The translations under genes were made by a program, and so were the position numbers. From contig CAZEVD010000001.1 of assembly GCA_964515475.1 (NCBI GenBank), positions 156,125 to 220,124 on the forward strand: a stretch of DNA of 64,000 bases, in the 5' to 3' direction. Positions 19,355 through 28,727 of the stretch are shown here, one piece after another. The notes beneath the pieces are model-generated. The model had not been told where the DNA came from. It worked only from the letters and a program-made list of their open reading frames with translations, and did not search any database. How positions within the stretch are numbered: position 1 is the first letter of the stretch; the number at the start of each line of letters is the position of its first letter. This DNA is from an uncultured Eubacteriales bacterium (GTDB lineage: Bacteria; Bacillota; Clostridia; TANB77; UBA1234).

Positions 19355-19864
19355 TCAAATAAGACCTAAATTTTTGCGGTCGCGGTGTAAGACCTCTTTG
19401 CACGTAACTTCACTCAACTCTTTCTTTATCATATGAATTTTAAATGGGTGGAATTCTTGTGTTTCAATGTGTACACAACGAGCGTTTTGAGAAGGTGTTA
19501 TAGTGGTGTGATACTTGAAACTACCGCACGCAGTTGGCAATTCGCTTGTCCATACTATCGTGGTTTTGCAATTCCAGCAATATTCACCAATGATTAATTC
19601 ATACTCCATATTACCTTCATAATTTTCTTCATACTCGTTGAAGAAACGTTTGAAATCACTTGTTGCAGTCGTAAAGCCAACACAGTCAAAGCCTGTAGGA
19701 ATACGATTTGCAGCGACATCGCCAGGGTACATATCATAAAGAATTTTTAAAAATCGATCGCGTCTGCTTTCAAGCATCATGTCGAGTAATGATTGTACAG
19801 TTATGTAGGTCCCGCCAAATTCTCTGATGTTAATGTGTTCTTGCAATAATTCTAATCTTGTCAT
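19355..19864 (-). CDS. Hypothetical 169-aa protein, paralog 1 (likely start ATG at 19862-19864; the track's TTG start at 19903 lies inside a palindrome)
   Basis: RBS ggagga 7 nt before ATG; shares FD.V.F..NYEG..EYE..W..CKT.IVW with 20078-20587. Confidence 0.5.
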   Translation of the reverse strand: MTRLELLQEHINIREFGGTYITVQSLLDMMLESRRDRFLKILYDMYPGDVAANRIPTGFDCVGFTTATSDFKRFFNEYEENYEGNMEYELIIGEYCWNCKTTIVWTSELPTACGSFKYHTTITPSQNARCVHIETQEFHPFKIHMIKKELSEVTCKEVLHRDRKNLGLI

Positions 19865-19886
19865 TTTCTTTTCCTCCACTGATAAT

Positions 19887-19911
19887 TCTGGAGGTTCGCG
19901 CAACCTCCAGA
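19887..19911 (-). promoter_or_regulatory. 5'UTR palindrome TCTGGAGGTT-cgcgc-AACCTCCAGA between promoter (TTGCAA-17-TATAAT at ~19950-19978) and RBS
   Basis: 10-bp perfect arms; pairs an SD-like GGAGG with CCTCC; conserved upstream of paralog 2. Confidence 0.5.
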
Positions 19912-20077
19912 AAGAATATAATAATTGTCTTTTTAGGTTGCGTCTTATGAATAAAACATAAGAATATATAAATTATACCACGTTTTATGCAAATTTGCAA
20001 TATTTGGAAATTTATGGGGTATAAACAGTTATTTATATAGTAAAAGCCTCCACGTACAGTGTACGGGAGGCCGGGTA

Positions 20078-20587
20078 TTAAATCAAAATTGAAGCTCTGT
20101 TTATCAATGCCTGATAAGTAACTGGAGTAACATTGTTTCGAATCATTTTAATGTTTGCAGAAGAGCCGTGGACAGTATGAAGGCTATTTAATTTCGTGTA
20201 TTTACTTGTTGATTCGATTTCGGTTATGTAATTGAAGGCACCAAAACTCAAATTAGCTCTTGGGTGCCAAACTATAGAAGTTTTACAGGCTAATTTCCAA
20301 TTACCGTTAACTGTAATTTCATATTCCAAAGAGCCTTCATAGTTTGAAGTATGCTTATGGAAAGGTTCTGAAAAAGGCTCCAAAAGAGATTTGAAAGCTA
20401 CAGCATCAAAGCCATCTTCTAAATTTTTGATAATAGCTCCGTCTGGCAAAGAGAAAAGAATTTCGAAAAATTTATTTCTACGATTTTTACAGATTTCTGC
20501 AATAAGTTCTTGGAGAGTGGCTTCATAACAGCCGATTGATGTTAAGTCGATTGTAATGTTTTGTACTTGCTTTAATTTTAATTTCAT
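20078..20587 (-). CDS. Hypothetical 169-aa protein, paralog 2
   Basis: Same length and conserved blocks as paralog 1; RBS ggagga. Confidence 0.5.
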   Translation of the reverse strand: MKLKLKQVQNITIDLTSIGCYEATLQELIAEICKNRRNKFFEILFSLPDGAIIKNLEDGFDAVAFKSLLEPFSEPFHKHTSNYEGSLEYEITVNGNWKLACKTSIVWHPRANLSFGAFNYITEIESTSKYTKLNSLHTVHGSSANIKMIRNNVTPVTYQALINRASILI

Positions 20588-20616
20588 ATGCTGGTTCCTC
20601 CGGGGTAAGTGCTACA

Positions 20617-20640
20617 CTAGAGGTTATGCATAACCTCTAG
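20617..20640 (-). promoter_or_regulatory. 5'UTR perfect 24-nt palindrome CTAGAGGTTATGCATAACCTCTAG downstream of promoter TTGACG-17-TATAAT (about 20698-20726, minus strand)
   Basis: Same GAGGTT-N-AACCTC core as 19887-19911. Confidence 0.5.
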
Positions 20641-20829
20641 AAGAATAATAGTGTCTACTAAAAGTCATGCTTGAGCATAAATATTAGATTTGACAGATTA
20701 TACCATATGTTATGTAAAGCGTCAATTCTTAATAAACTAAAAATCATACGCTATATTATATGATTTTCTTTACTGCGTTTTACATAATATGATATAATTC
20801 TGGTGTCGAAAGAGGAGGAATTTTATTAT

Positions 20830-21399
20830 ATGCGACTATGGACACTACAAGACGAAGATGTTTACAACACTGTTATGACGGAGGGGCAATACCGATGTAT
20901 AGCGAGTAAGTCCGAATGTTTGAAAGATGATCGTTTTAAAAGAGCTTATGATTGGCTTGTAACAAAAATGGAAGAAAAGCTTGGAATGGTACCAAAAGGG
21001 GTTGTATATCCTGTATGGGCTTGGCTAAAGAAACCAGATATGCGAAAACACAATTTTTATCCTAAAGGAATGAAAATTTATCGAATCCAGTTTGAAATTG
21101 ATTTAAAAGATATTTTCTTAACGGATTATAATTTGTGGCATTTTGTCCTTAACAACGAGATGTATTTTGACTTTGACCCGAAAGATTATGAAGATGTTAA
21201 CGAATGGTACGATACGTGGTATGCAGAAGAAAGAAAAATTATAATGATGGGTCGAGATGTCTATGAAAAGGCAAAACGCGAAAGTTGGAATGTGGTAATT
21301 TGTGATGAAGAATCGCCAAGCAATAGAATAGTTCAAGTTACATTTTGGGAACTAAAAAAAGAGCAAATCAAAAAAGTAGATATTTTTTATAGAGATTGA
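20830..21399 (+). CDS. Hypothetical 189-aa protein (possibly DUF3841-like); start ATG 20830 rather than track GTG 20803
   Basis: RBS agaggagg 9 nt before ATG; W/Y-rich conserved-looking protein. Confidence 0.45.
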   Translation: MRLWTLQDEDVYNTVMTEGQYRCIASKSECLKDDRFKRAYDWLVTKMEEKLGMVPKGVVYPVWAWLKKPDMRKHNFYPKGMKIYRIQFEIDLKDIFLTDYNLWHFVLNNEMYFDFDPKDYEDVNEWYDTWYAEERKIIMMGRDVYEKAKRESWNVVICDEESPSNRIVQVTFWELKKEQIKKVDIFYRD

Positions 21400-21597
21400 T
21401 CAAACAGAATGACACCGTAATTAACGGTGTTTTTTTCTTTTTGATATTTGATTTTGAGGATTTTTATTTGGCGTCTATACACTAATCAAAAGACGTTCTT
21501 GAAAATAGTCCACAGTATTATTTTGTGTCAATCCCTATTATTTGTTCAAAAAAATAGATACAGCTAAAGCTAAAGCTGTATCTATTCATTATGGTGA

Positions 21598-21620
21598 CCC
21601 ATACGGGAATCCAGAGCGCG
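21598..21620 (-). repeat. Partial duplicate (~22 nt) of the 3' end of tRNA-Glu (tggtgacccatacgggaatcc), preceded by its own terminator-like hairpin
   Basis: 20/21 identity to 21725-21745; tRNA body upstream of it is absent. Confidence 0.6.
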
Positions 21621-21724
21621 TCGGGAAAATAGTCCACTGGACTATTTTCTGATTCCTCCTTTTCGATTCACGTAGTTTTTTCAAAACAAAAAAGAAACAT
21701 AGCTGAAGCCATGTTTCTTTTTGT

Positions 21725-21799
21725 TGGTGACCCATACGGGAATCGAACCCATGATTCGGCCTTGAGAGGGCCGCGTCTTAACCGCTTGACCAATGGGCC
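21725..21799 (-). tRNA. tRNA-Glu (anticodon CTC), CCA encoded
   Basis: Reverse complement GGCCCATTGGTCAAGCGGTTAAGACGCGGCCCTCTCAAGGCCGAATCATGGGTTCGATTCCCGTATGGGTCACCA, near-identical to Bacillus tRNA-Glu except anticodon loop CTCTCAA. Confidence 0.8.
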
Positions 21800-22000
21800 A
21801 TTTACAAATGCAAGTTAAAGTATAACATTGTGGTTTGAAAATGACAAGAGGTTTTAAAAAAGAATTTTATAGTGAATTTAGGAGAAAATATTATTTAGAA
21901 AGTTTAAAATCGACAAAATATTTCCTTTTTTGCTCGCTTTTGTTAACTTTATAGTGTATAATACATCCGTAAAAATAATTTAAAAGGGGGATTTACCACA

Positions 22001-22960
22001 GTGAACAACCTAAAGATATTCGCATGTAACTCAGCAGAAGAGTTTGCCGAAAAAGTTTGTAAAGAACTTGGCGTCGAACTTGGCAAAAAAGAAGCTTTTA
22101 AATTCAAAAATGATAACACATTCGTGAAAATTCTGGAGACTGTCAGAGATGACGATGTCTTTGTAATCCAAACAACAAAACCGCCTGTAGACGAACGCAT
22201 AATGGAACTTTTGATCACGGTTGATGCTTTGAGAAGAGCTTCGCCTCGCAGAATCACAGTTGTTGTACCGTATTATCCTTATTCAAGATCGGATAAGAAG
22301 GATCAGCCTCGCGTGCCTATTACTGCAAAACTTGTCGCTGACATGATTGTGACTGCGGGTGCAGACAGGGTGTTGACTTGCGATTTGCACAATCCGGCCA
22401 TCCAAGGTTATCTCGACATTCCTTCAGATCAGCTTAAGGCAAAAGACATATTTGTTGAATACTTCAAACCTATCGCAGAAGCTGGCAATGTTACTGTTGT
22501 TGCAACGGATGCTGGTAGCACAAAGAAGGCATATAAGTATGCTGGTGCGCTTAACGCACAAATGGCTATGCTTGACAAGCGTAGAGACGGAAACGATGAC
22601 AGAGCAATCGCTTCTCACGTTATCGGTAATGTCGAAGGCAGAACATGCTTGATTTTTGATGACGAAGTTGATACTGCCGGTTCCTTGGTAGAAACTATCA
22701 ATGCGCTTAAAAAACACGGCGCAGCCGATATCTATGCAGCGTGCACTCACGCTGTACTTTCTGGTCCTGCTATTGAAAGGATTCAGGCTGCTGACTTCAA
22801 AGAGTTGGTAGTTACAAATACGATTCCTTTGACTGAAGAAAAACAAATCGACAAAATCAAAGTTTTGGATATTGCTCCGCTGTTTGGCAGAGCTATCAGA
22901 AAGATCCACGACGGCGAAGGCGTTGGTGAGTTGTTCGAAGACAAAAAAATGGAATTTTAA
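22001..22960 (+). CDS. prs: Ribose-phosphate pyrophosphokinase (PRPP synthetase), GTG start; GC-elevated copy
   Basis: PRPP synthetase N-terminal and PRTase motifs; RBS aaaggggga. Confidence 0.9.
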   Translation: MNNLKIFACNSAEEFAEKVCKELGVELGKKEAFKFKNDNTFVKILETVRDDDVFVIQTTKPPVDERIMELLITVDALRRASPRRITVVVPYYPYSRSDKKDQPRVPITAKLVADMIVTAGADRVLTCDLHNPAIQGYLDIPSDQLKAKDIFVEYFKPIAEAGNVTVVATDAGSTKKAYKYAGALNAQMAMLDKRRDGNDDRAIASHVIGNVEGRTCLIFDDEVDTAGSLVETINALKKHGAADIYAACTHAVLSGPAIERIQAADFKELVVTNTIPLTEEKQIDKIKVLDIAPLFGRAIRKIHDGEGVGELFEDKKMEF

Positions 22961-22989
22961 TTTTTGACGTAAACAAATTGGCAAATGTT

Positions 22990-23045
22990 AAATAAAGAGG
23001 TATGAATGATTGACTAGAGCAATCATTTGTACCTCTTTATTTTTA
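22990..23045 (+). terminator. Long hairpin terminator after prs
   Basis: aaagaggtatgaatgattg..caatcatttgtacctcttt + T-rich tail. Confidence 0.55.
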
Positions 23046-23208
23046 TTTCATAGGAAAGTAACACAAAAATAAAATTATTATGTTATTTAAATACTTTCCG
23101 TATGAAACAACAAAAGCACCTTATTAAGTTGCCGAAGGCAACATGAGAAAATTGAAAATCTTTTGATTTTCTAATTTTCTCTTTTGTTATATAAAATATA
23201 AGAAAAAA

Positions 23209-23240
23209 CTTGATTTTTGCCATGCTGAATGGTAAAATTA
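23209..23240 (+). promoter_or_regulatory. Sigma-A promoter TTGATT-17-TGgTAAAAT for rpsB-tsf, ~120-nt leader
   Basis: Hexamers read directly. Confidence 0.5.
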
Positions 23241-23362
23241 AGCGGTGCGTAAGCACAAATCCACATATAATATTAATCAAATAGCCTAGTGCCAATGATT
23301 GGTGGCTTTTTGGTGATGAGATATTATAGAGGAAATAAAACAAAAAATAGGAGGAAATTAAA

Positions 23363-24091
23363 ATGTCAGTAGTTGCAATGAAACAATTATTGGAAGCTGG
23401 TGTTCACTTTGGACATCAAACAAGAAGATGGGATCCAAGAATGGCTCCATATATCTTCACACAAAGAAATGGTATTTATATCATTGATTTACAAAAAACA
23501 ACAAAGAAAATTGATGAGGCTTATGATGTATTAAAGAGCATTATCGATGAAGGTAAAACAGTTATCTTCGTTGGTACAAAGAAACAAGCTCAAGAATGCG
23601 TTAAAGAAGCTGCAGAAAAATGTGGAATGTACTATGTTAACCAAAGATGGCTAGGTGGTATGTTAACAAACTTCGATACTATCAAAACAAGAATTGATAG
23701 ATTAAAAGAATTAGAAAAAATGGAAAATGATGGTACATTTGAAGTTTTACCTAAAAAAGAAGTTATTTTATTAAAGAAAGAAATGTCTAAATTAGAAGCT
23801 AACTTAGGCGGAATCAAAGAAATGAACGAAGTTCCAGGAGCTATGTTCGTTGTTGATCCTAAGAAAGAAAGAATTGCTATTTTAGAAGCTAGAAAATTAG
23901 GAATCCCTGTAATTGGTTTAGTTGATACAAACTGTAACCCAGAAGATGTTGATTACGTTATCCCTGGTAACGATGATGCTATCAGAGCTATCAAATTAAT
24001 CGTTGAAGCTATGGCTGATGCTGTAATCGAATCAAAACAAGGTGAAGCTCCTGCAAGAGCTGAAGAATCAGAAGAAATGGTTCAAGAATAA
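23363..24091 (+). CDS. rpsB: 30S ribosomal protein S2
   Basis: [32 protein letters not shown]. Confidence 0.95.
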   Translation: MSVVAMKQLLEAGVHFGHQTRRWDPRMAPYIFTQRNGIYIIDLQKTTKKIDEAYDVLKSIIDEGKTVIFVGTKKQAQECVKEAAEKCGMYYVNQRWLGGMLTNFDTIKTRIDRLKELEKMENDGTFEVLPKKEVILLKKEMSKLEANLGGIKEMNEVPGAMFVVDPKKERIAILEARKLGIPVIGLVDTNCNPEDVDYVIPGNDDAIRAIKLIVEAMADAVIESKQGEAPARAEESEEMVQE

Positions 24092-24125
24092 TAGAAAATT
24101 TATATTATCAAGGGAGGATACTAGA

Positions 24126-24773
24126 ATGATATCTGCAGAACAAGTTAAAGAACTTAGAGAAATGACAGGTGCTGGTATGATGGAATGCAAAAAAGTACTT
24201 GTAGAAACTGATGGAGACATGGAAAAAGCAACAGAACTTCTTAGAGAAAGAGGAGTTGTTAAAGCTGCTAAAAAAGCAGGAAGAATTGCTGCTGAAGGTT
24301 TAGTTGAAAGCTATATTCATGGTGATGGAAGAATTGGTGTATTAGTTGAAGTTAACATTGAAACAGACTTCGCTGCTAAAAACCCAGAATTCAGAGAATT
24401 CGTTAAAGATATCGCTATGCAAATTGCTGCTGCAAAACCAGAATATGTAAAAAGAGAAGATGTACCAGCTGACGTATTAGAAAAAGAAAAAGAAATTATG
24501 AAAAACCAAGCTATTAACGAAGGTAAACCAGAAGCTGTAGCTGAAAAAATCGTTGCTGGTAAAATTGATAAATATTATGCAGATGTTTGCTTGTTAGAAC
24601 AAGATTTCGTTAAAGATCCTGATAAAACAGTTCAACAAGTTTTAACAGAAAAAATCTCAAGCATTGGTGAAAACATCACAATCAGAAGATTCGTAAGATT
24701 CGAAAGAGGAGAAGGTTTAGCTAAGAGAGAAGAAAACTTTGCTGAAGAAGTTATGAAACAAATTAATGGTTAA
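24126..24773 (+). CDS. tsf: Elongation factor Ts (start 24126; the track ORF from 24042 is an upstream in-frame extension)
   Basis: [25 protein letters not shown]; RBS agggagga. Confidence 0.9.
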   Translation: MISAEQVKELREMTGAGMMECKKVLVETDGDMEKATELLRERGVVKAAKKAGRIAAEGLVESYIHGDGRIGVLVEVNIETDFAAKNPEFREFVKDIAMQIAAAKPEYVKREDVPADVLEKEKEIMKNQAINEGKPEAVAEKIVAGKIDKYYADVCLLEQDFVKDPDKTVQQVLTEKISSIGENITIRRFVRFERGEGLAKREENFAEEVMKQING

Positions 24774-24790
24774 TTAGAAAGTTTTTTAGG

Positions 24791-24837
24791 GCGGATTTAA
24801 ATGACGTTTGGTTGTTTAAATCCGTTCTTTTTTTATC
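24791..24837 (+). terminator. Rho-independent terminator after tsf
   Basis: cggatttaaa..tttaaatccg hairpin + T8. Confidence 0.7.
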
Positions 24838-24986
24838 TGATTTTGACATCTTCTAATATCTTCCAAATTAGCTTTTGCAAATTTTTATTTTATTAGAAAA
24901 TAACGCAATTATATGTACTTTTTTTGGCTGTTATGTGATAAAATATCTCTAGTTAAAATGCGTATTTATCATAGGAGGGAATTGTT

Positions 24987-26846
24987 TTGGCAAAATACAA
25001 AAGTAATGCAAAAGAGAGAAGAATATTAGCTTCAAAAGAATTTATAAGCAAAGCTGCAAAAATTCTTTTGTGTGCTTTTTGTGTTCAGTTTATTTTTTAT
25101 TTAATTTTGATTAATATTGTACCGCTTAGTTATTCAGATGCAGAAGGAAATTCTCATATAAGTGGATTGTATGTTGAGAATTGGCATAATTATAAAGGCA
25201 GTGGAGTTAATGTACATAAAGAAGGTAACGGTATTAAATTTATATATTGGTACAACATGATATTGTTAATTGCCAACTTGTTACTTTGTATGTATTACAT
25301 TGTTAATATCTTTATGGAAGAAAATCAAAGATATCCTGGCAAAGCTATAAAAATGTTCTTTAAAGAACATAAAGGTTTGTTATGGTTATTTGTATTTATG
25401 ACATGGGCATTTTTAAGTTCGGTAGGTGCTTATGATAAATTTAGATCTTTTATTGGCTGTTATAATCTAAGAGATGGTTATTTTTCTTTTATGTTTTATG
25501 GTTCAATGTTAGTAAACATGTTGTTCTTAGGTCTTGCGGGATTTGATAGCGAAGATAAAACAAAGAAAGATCCTAGAAAATTAATTATAGATTTACTTTT
25601 AATTACTGCAACTATTGTTGCAATTATTACAACAATGAATTATAGCGTGTTAAATTCTTATGAAATCGATCCTAATACTGAAGAAAAAGTATATATACTT
25701 GATTATATAACTTCTGGACTAAAAGTAGAACCAGTTGTATATAGAAGTACAGTTACATCTTCTGTATTTAATAATAGTAATCATTATGGATATTATTTGG
25801 CAATTACGGTTGTAGTAGCAGCATGTATGTTTATAAAGGACGAAGATTTCAAGAGAAAAGCATTATATTTTATCAGCTTTTGCGCGATGACATATGTATT
25901 AGTTATTAACGATACTTTTGGAGCTTTCTTAGGAGTAATGCTTGCTTTGATATTTATGCTTATTCAAACATTAATATCAAGAAAAAATTGGATAGAAGCA
26001 TTAATCGTTGCAATTGCATTTGTTTCAATTATTGCAAATGTAGAAAATCCTGATGGTGAAGTTATTATTGCAAAAGATTTTGAATATATCGGAAATAGCA
26101 TAAAAGCAATTTTAAATTCGACACCTGAAGAAGTTATTAGTGGAGATGAAGAAATAGAACCAAAAATAGATTTAGAACAATTATATTTTAAATCTGGTGA
26201 TGAAATAATGCGTGGATATTTATCTGGAGAGATTGTTGACGGTAATAAATTGTCTGGTGAAATTATTTCTGGCGAAGTTGTTTCTGGTGAAATTGTTTCA
26301 GGTGAATTTATTCCAAATGAAACACCAACTAATAATACAACTAAGAGTGAAACAGGAATTGAAGATGCTGGCGATGCTGGTTCTGGTAGATGGAAATTAT
26401 GGGTTGTCGGTATGCAAATTGCTTTTGAAGGAGCAAAAGATACAAGCGATGATGATCTTGCTACTGGTAGAGCGTACGGTTCACCACTATTTGGTGTTGG
26501 TCTTGAAAATATGTTATATGCGTATAATGCCAAAGGTGTAAATGAAGGTAGATCACATAATTTAATTGTTCAACTTGCAGGAACGTTAGGAATTCCAGCA
26601 CCAGTATTTTATGTTTTAGCAATGGCATTTATTTTCTTTGCTGGTTTAAAAACTATTAAAACGTGGGATATGTATATGTATACAGGTATGGCTGTAATGA
26701 TTTCATATTTATTCACTTCACTTACAGGAAATTCTGGATTCTATACATCTGGTTATTTCTACATTTTTGTTGGATTAGTTGTTTTAGAATTAATGAAACA
26801 AAAGAAAATGAAAAAAGAATTAGTAAATGGTAATAATAAAAAGTAA
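24987..26846 (+). CDS. Wzy_C (O-antigen ligase / O-oligosaccharyltransferase) family polytopic membrane protein with large extracytoplasmic loop carrying SGE(I/V) tandem repeats
   Basis: Wzy_C-like blocks (NNSNHYGYYLAI, RSHNLIVQLAGTLGI), >10 TM; 15-nt tandem repeats tctggtgaaattgtt at ~26220-26300. Confidence 0.6.
   Translation: MAKYKSNAKERRILASKEFISKAAKILLCAFCVQFIFYLILINIVPLSYSDAEGNSHISGLYVENWHNYKGSGVNVHKEGNGIKFIYWYNMILLIANLLLCMYYIVNIFMEENQRYPGKAIKMFFKEHKGLLWLFVFMTWAFLSSVGAYDKFRSFIGCYNLRDGYFSFMFYGSMLVNMLFLGLAGFDSEDKTKKDPRKLIIDLLLITATIVAIITTMNYSVLNSYEIDPNTEEKVYILDYITSGLKVEPVVYRSTVTSSVFNNSNHYGYYLAITVVVAACMFIKDEDFKRKALYFISFCAMTYVLVINDTFGAFLGVMLALIFMLIQTLISRKNWIEALIVAIAFVSIIANVENPDGEVIIAKDFEYIGNSIKAILNSTPEEVISGDEEIEPKIDLEQLYFKSGDEIMRGYLSGEIVDGNKLSGEIISGEVVSGEIVSGEFIPNETPTNNTTKSETGIEDAGDAGSGRWKLWVVGMQIAFEGAKDTSDDDLATGRAYGSPLFGVGLENMLYAYNAKGVNEGRSHNLIVQLAGTLGIPAPVFYVLAMAFIFFAGLKTIKTWDMYMYTGMAVMISYLFTSLTGNSGFYTSGYFYIFVGLVVLELMKQKKMKKELVNGNNKK
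26212..26301 (+). repeat. In-frame tandem 15-bp repeats encoding (L)SGEI(I/V) x5-6 inside Wzy_C gene
   Basis: tctggagagattgtt / tctggtgaaattatt / tctggcgaagttgtt / tctggtgaaattgtt / tcaggtgaattt. Confidence 0.7.
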
Positions 26847-26865
26847 AATTGGAAGGAAAGAAAAA

Positions 26866-28707
26866 ATGAGCTTTATATCAAAAATTGAAAAGTTACCTAC
26901 AAATTTAAAAACTTTTATTCTTTACGTTATTGACGCTTTAGCGGTATTAATGAGTTTTTATATTGTGATGGCGCTTGAAGGAATGCCTTTTTCTTTAGCA
27001 GATCATCCTACACGTAATACAATTTTTCCGATAATGCTTATGTATATAATTGCATTTAGTCTTATAGGTGTTTATAAAGGAATTATTAAATATACAAGTG
27101 CGAAAGATTATATCTTTATAGGAGGTACATCTTTAGTTATTTCGATGGTATTTTGTACAGCGAAACAATATGTTGTACCTCGCACACTTGAAGCTAATGT
27201 TATAATCTTAGCGGCTGTGTTTGCTGCAATTATAAGTATTTCTTTTAGAGTTTTTGTGAGAATGTTTTGGTATGCGGTTGCTGGTATTGGTAATAACAAA
27301 CAACGTTTGTTAATTATTGGTGCGGGACAGTCTACATCGCAAGTTATAAAAACTCTTCAAACAACGCTCGCTGCACAGTACCATATTGTTGGTATTATCG
27401 ATGATGATCCTTCGAAGCAAAAAAGAATGATGTTTGGCATAAAAATTTTAGGTACTCGTGATGATATAGCACGTATTTGTGAAGAAGAGAATATTGATGT
27501 TATTTTCTTCTCGATTGATAACATTAAACCTAAAGAAAAAAATAAGATTTTAAAAATTTGTGATAAAACAAATGCAAAAGTAAAAATTGTTTTACCATTA
27601 GCACAAATTATTTCGGGAAAAGATTTTAATGATGCAATAAGGGATGTTGAAGTTGAAGATTTGCTTGGTCGTGAACCTATCTCTTTAAACAATGGAAAGA
27701 TTACAGAATATTTAACTGGTAAAACAGTTCTAGTTACAGGTGCTGGTGGTTCAATTGGTTCAGAACTTTGTAGACAAATTATTAAATTTAAACCTAAAAA
27801 AATTGTAATGGTTGATATATATGAAAATACTTTATATGAAACTGAAATGGAGTTAAGACAAACGAATAAGAATGCTCCGATTATTACGATTATTGCAAGT
27901 GTTCGTGATAGAGAAAGAATGGAAATGCTTTTTGAGAAATATAGACCTCAAGTTGTTTTCCATGCTGCGGCTCACAAGCATGTTCCTTTAATGGAAACAA
28001 GCCCACTTGAAGCTATTAAAAATAACGTGTTTGGAACATATAATGTTGTTGAATGTAGCGATAAATATGGAGTGGAAAAATTCACATTTATTTCAACAGA
28101 TAAAGCAGTAAACCCTACTAGTATAATGGGTGCAACAAAGAGAATTTGTGAAATGATTATTCAAGCTAAAAACAGAACAAGTAAAACTGTTTTTGCTGCA
28201 GTTAGATTTGGTAATGTACTTGGAAGTCACGGTTCGGTTATTCCATTGTTTAAAAAACAAATTGCTGCTGGTGGACCGGTTACAGTTACTCATAAAGAGA
28301 TTACAAGATATTTTATGCTTATTCCAGAAGCGGTAGGTTTGATTTTACAATCTGCGACTTTTGCAAATGGTGGAGAAATATTTGTTTTAGATATGGGTGA
28401 ACCTGTTAAGATTTATGATTTGGCAACAACACTTATTAAAATGTCTGGAAAGAATATTCCTATTGAAGTTGTAGGTTTAAGAAAAGGTGAGAAGTTATAC
28501 GAAGAATTATTAATGGCTGAAGAAGGTTTAATAAAAACCTTACATGACAAAATTATGATTTCTCAAATTAAAGCTCCAACAGATGATGAAATGAAAATAA
28601 TGATGGACAAGTTACGTGATATTATCAAAGACAATAATGTTACTAGAAAAGAAGTAAAAGAATTAGTAAAAGAGGTTGTACCTACGTTTATTGATTTAGA
28701 AGACTAA
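26866..28707 (+). CDS. Membrane-anchored UDP-N-acetylglucosamine 4,6-dehydratase (PglF/CapD/WbpM family)
   Basis: N-terminal TMs; Rossmann VLVTGAGGSIGSELCRQI; CapD-like C-terminal domain; start 26866 with RBS ggaaggaaag. Confidence 0.85.
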   Translation: MSFISKIEKLPTNLKTFILYVIDALAVLMSFYIVMALEGMPFSLADHPTRNTIFPIMLMYIIAFSLIGVYKGIIKYTSAKDYIFIGGTSLVISMVFCTAKQYVVPRTLEANVIILAAVFAAIISISFRVFVRMFWYAVAGIGNNKQRLLIIGAGQSTSQVIKTLQTTLAAQYHIVGIIDDDPSKQKRMMFGIKILGTRDDIARICEEENIDVIFFSIDNIKPKEKNKILKICDKTNAKVKIVLPLAQIISGKDFNDAIRDVEVEDLLGREPISLNNGKITEYLTGKTVLVTGAGGSIGSELCRQIIKFKPKKIVMVDIYENTLYETEMELRQTNKNAPIITIIASVRDRERMEMLFEKYRPQVVFHAAAHKHVPLMETSPLEAIKNNVFGTYNVVECSDKYGVEKFTFISTDKAVNPTSIMGATKRICEMIIQAKNRTSKTVFAAVRFGNVLGSHGSVIPLFKKQIAAGGPVTVTHKEITRYFMLIPEAVGLILQSATFANGGEIFVLDMGEPVKIYDLATTLIKMSGKNIPIEVVGLRKGEKLYEELLMAEEGLIKTLHDKIMISQIKAPTDDEMKIMMDKLRDIIKDNNVTRKEVKELVKEVVPTFIDLED

Positions 28708-28727
28708 CATAAGAAGGAGAGGATTTA

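Noticed and set aside
23050-23200. Possible small RNA or riboswitch between prs terminator and rpsB promoter (hairpins gttgccgaaggcaac, gaaaatcttttgattttc)
   Set aside because: Short AT-rich hairpins without recognisable riboswitch consensus; more likely terminator/UP-element region.
24042-24125. N-terminal extensions of track ORFs (tsf 24042, efp 53868, frr 35529, 9400, 20803, 58509, 59595, 26827)
   Set aside because: Conserved N-termini and RBS positions indicate downstream starts (24126, 53931, 35547, 9487, 20830, 58527, 59616, 26866); upstream parts are in-frame read-through of intergenic DNA.
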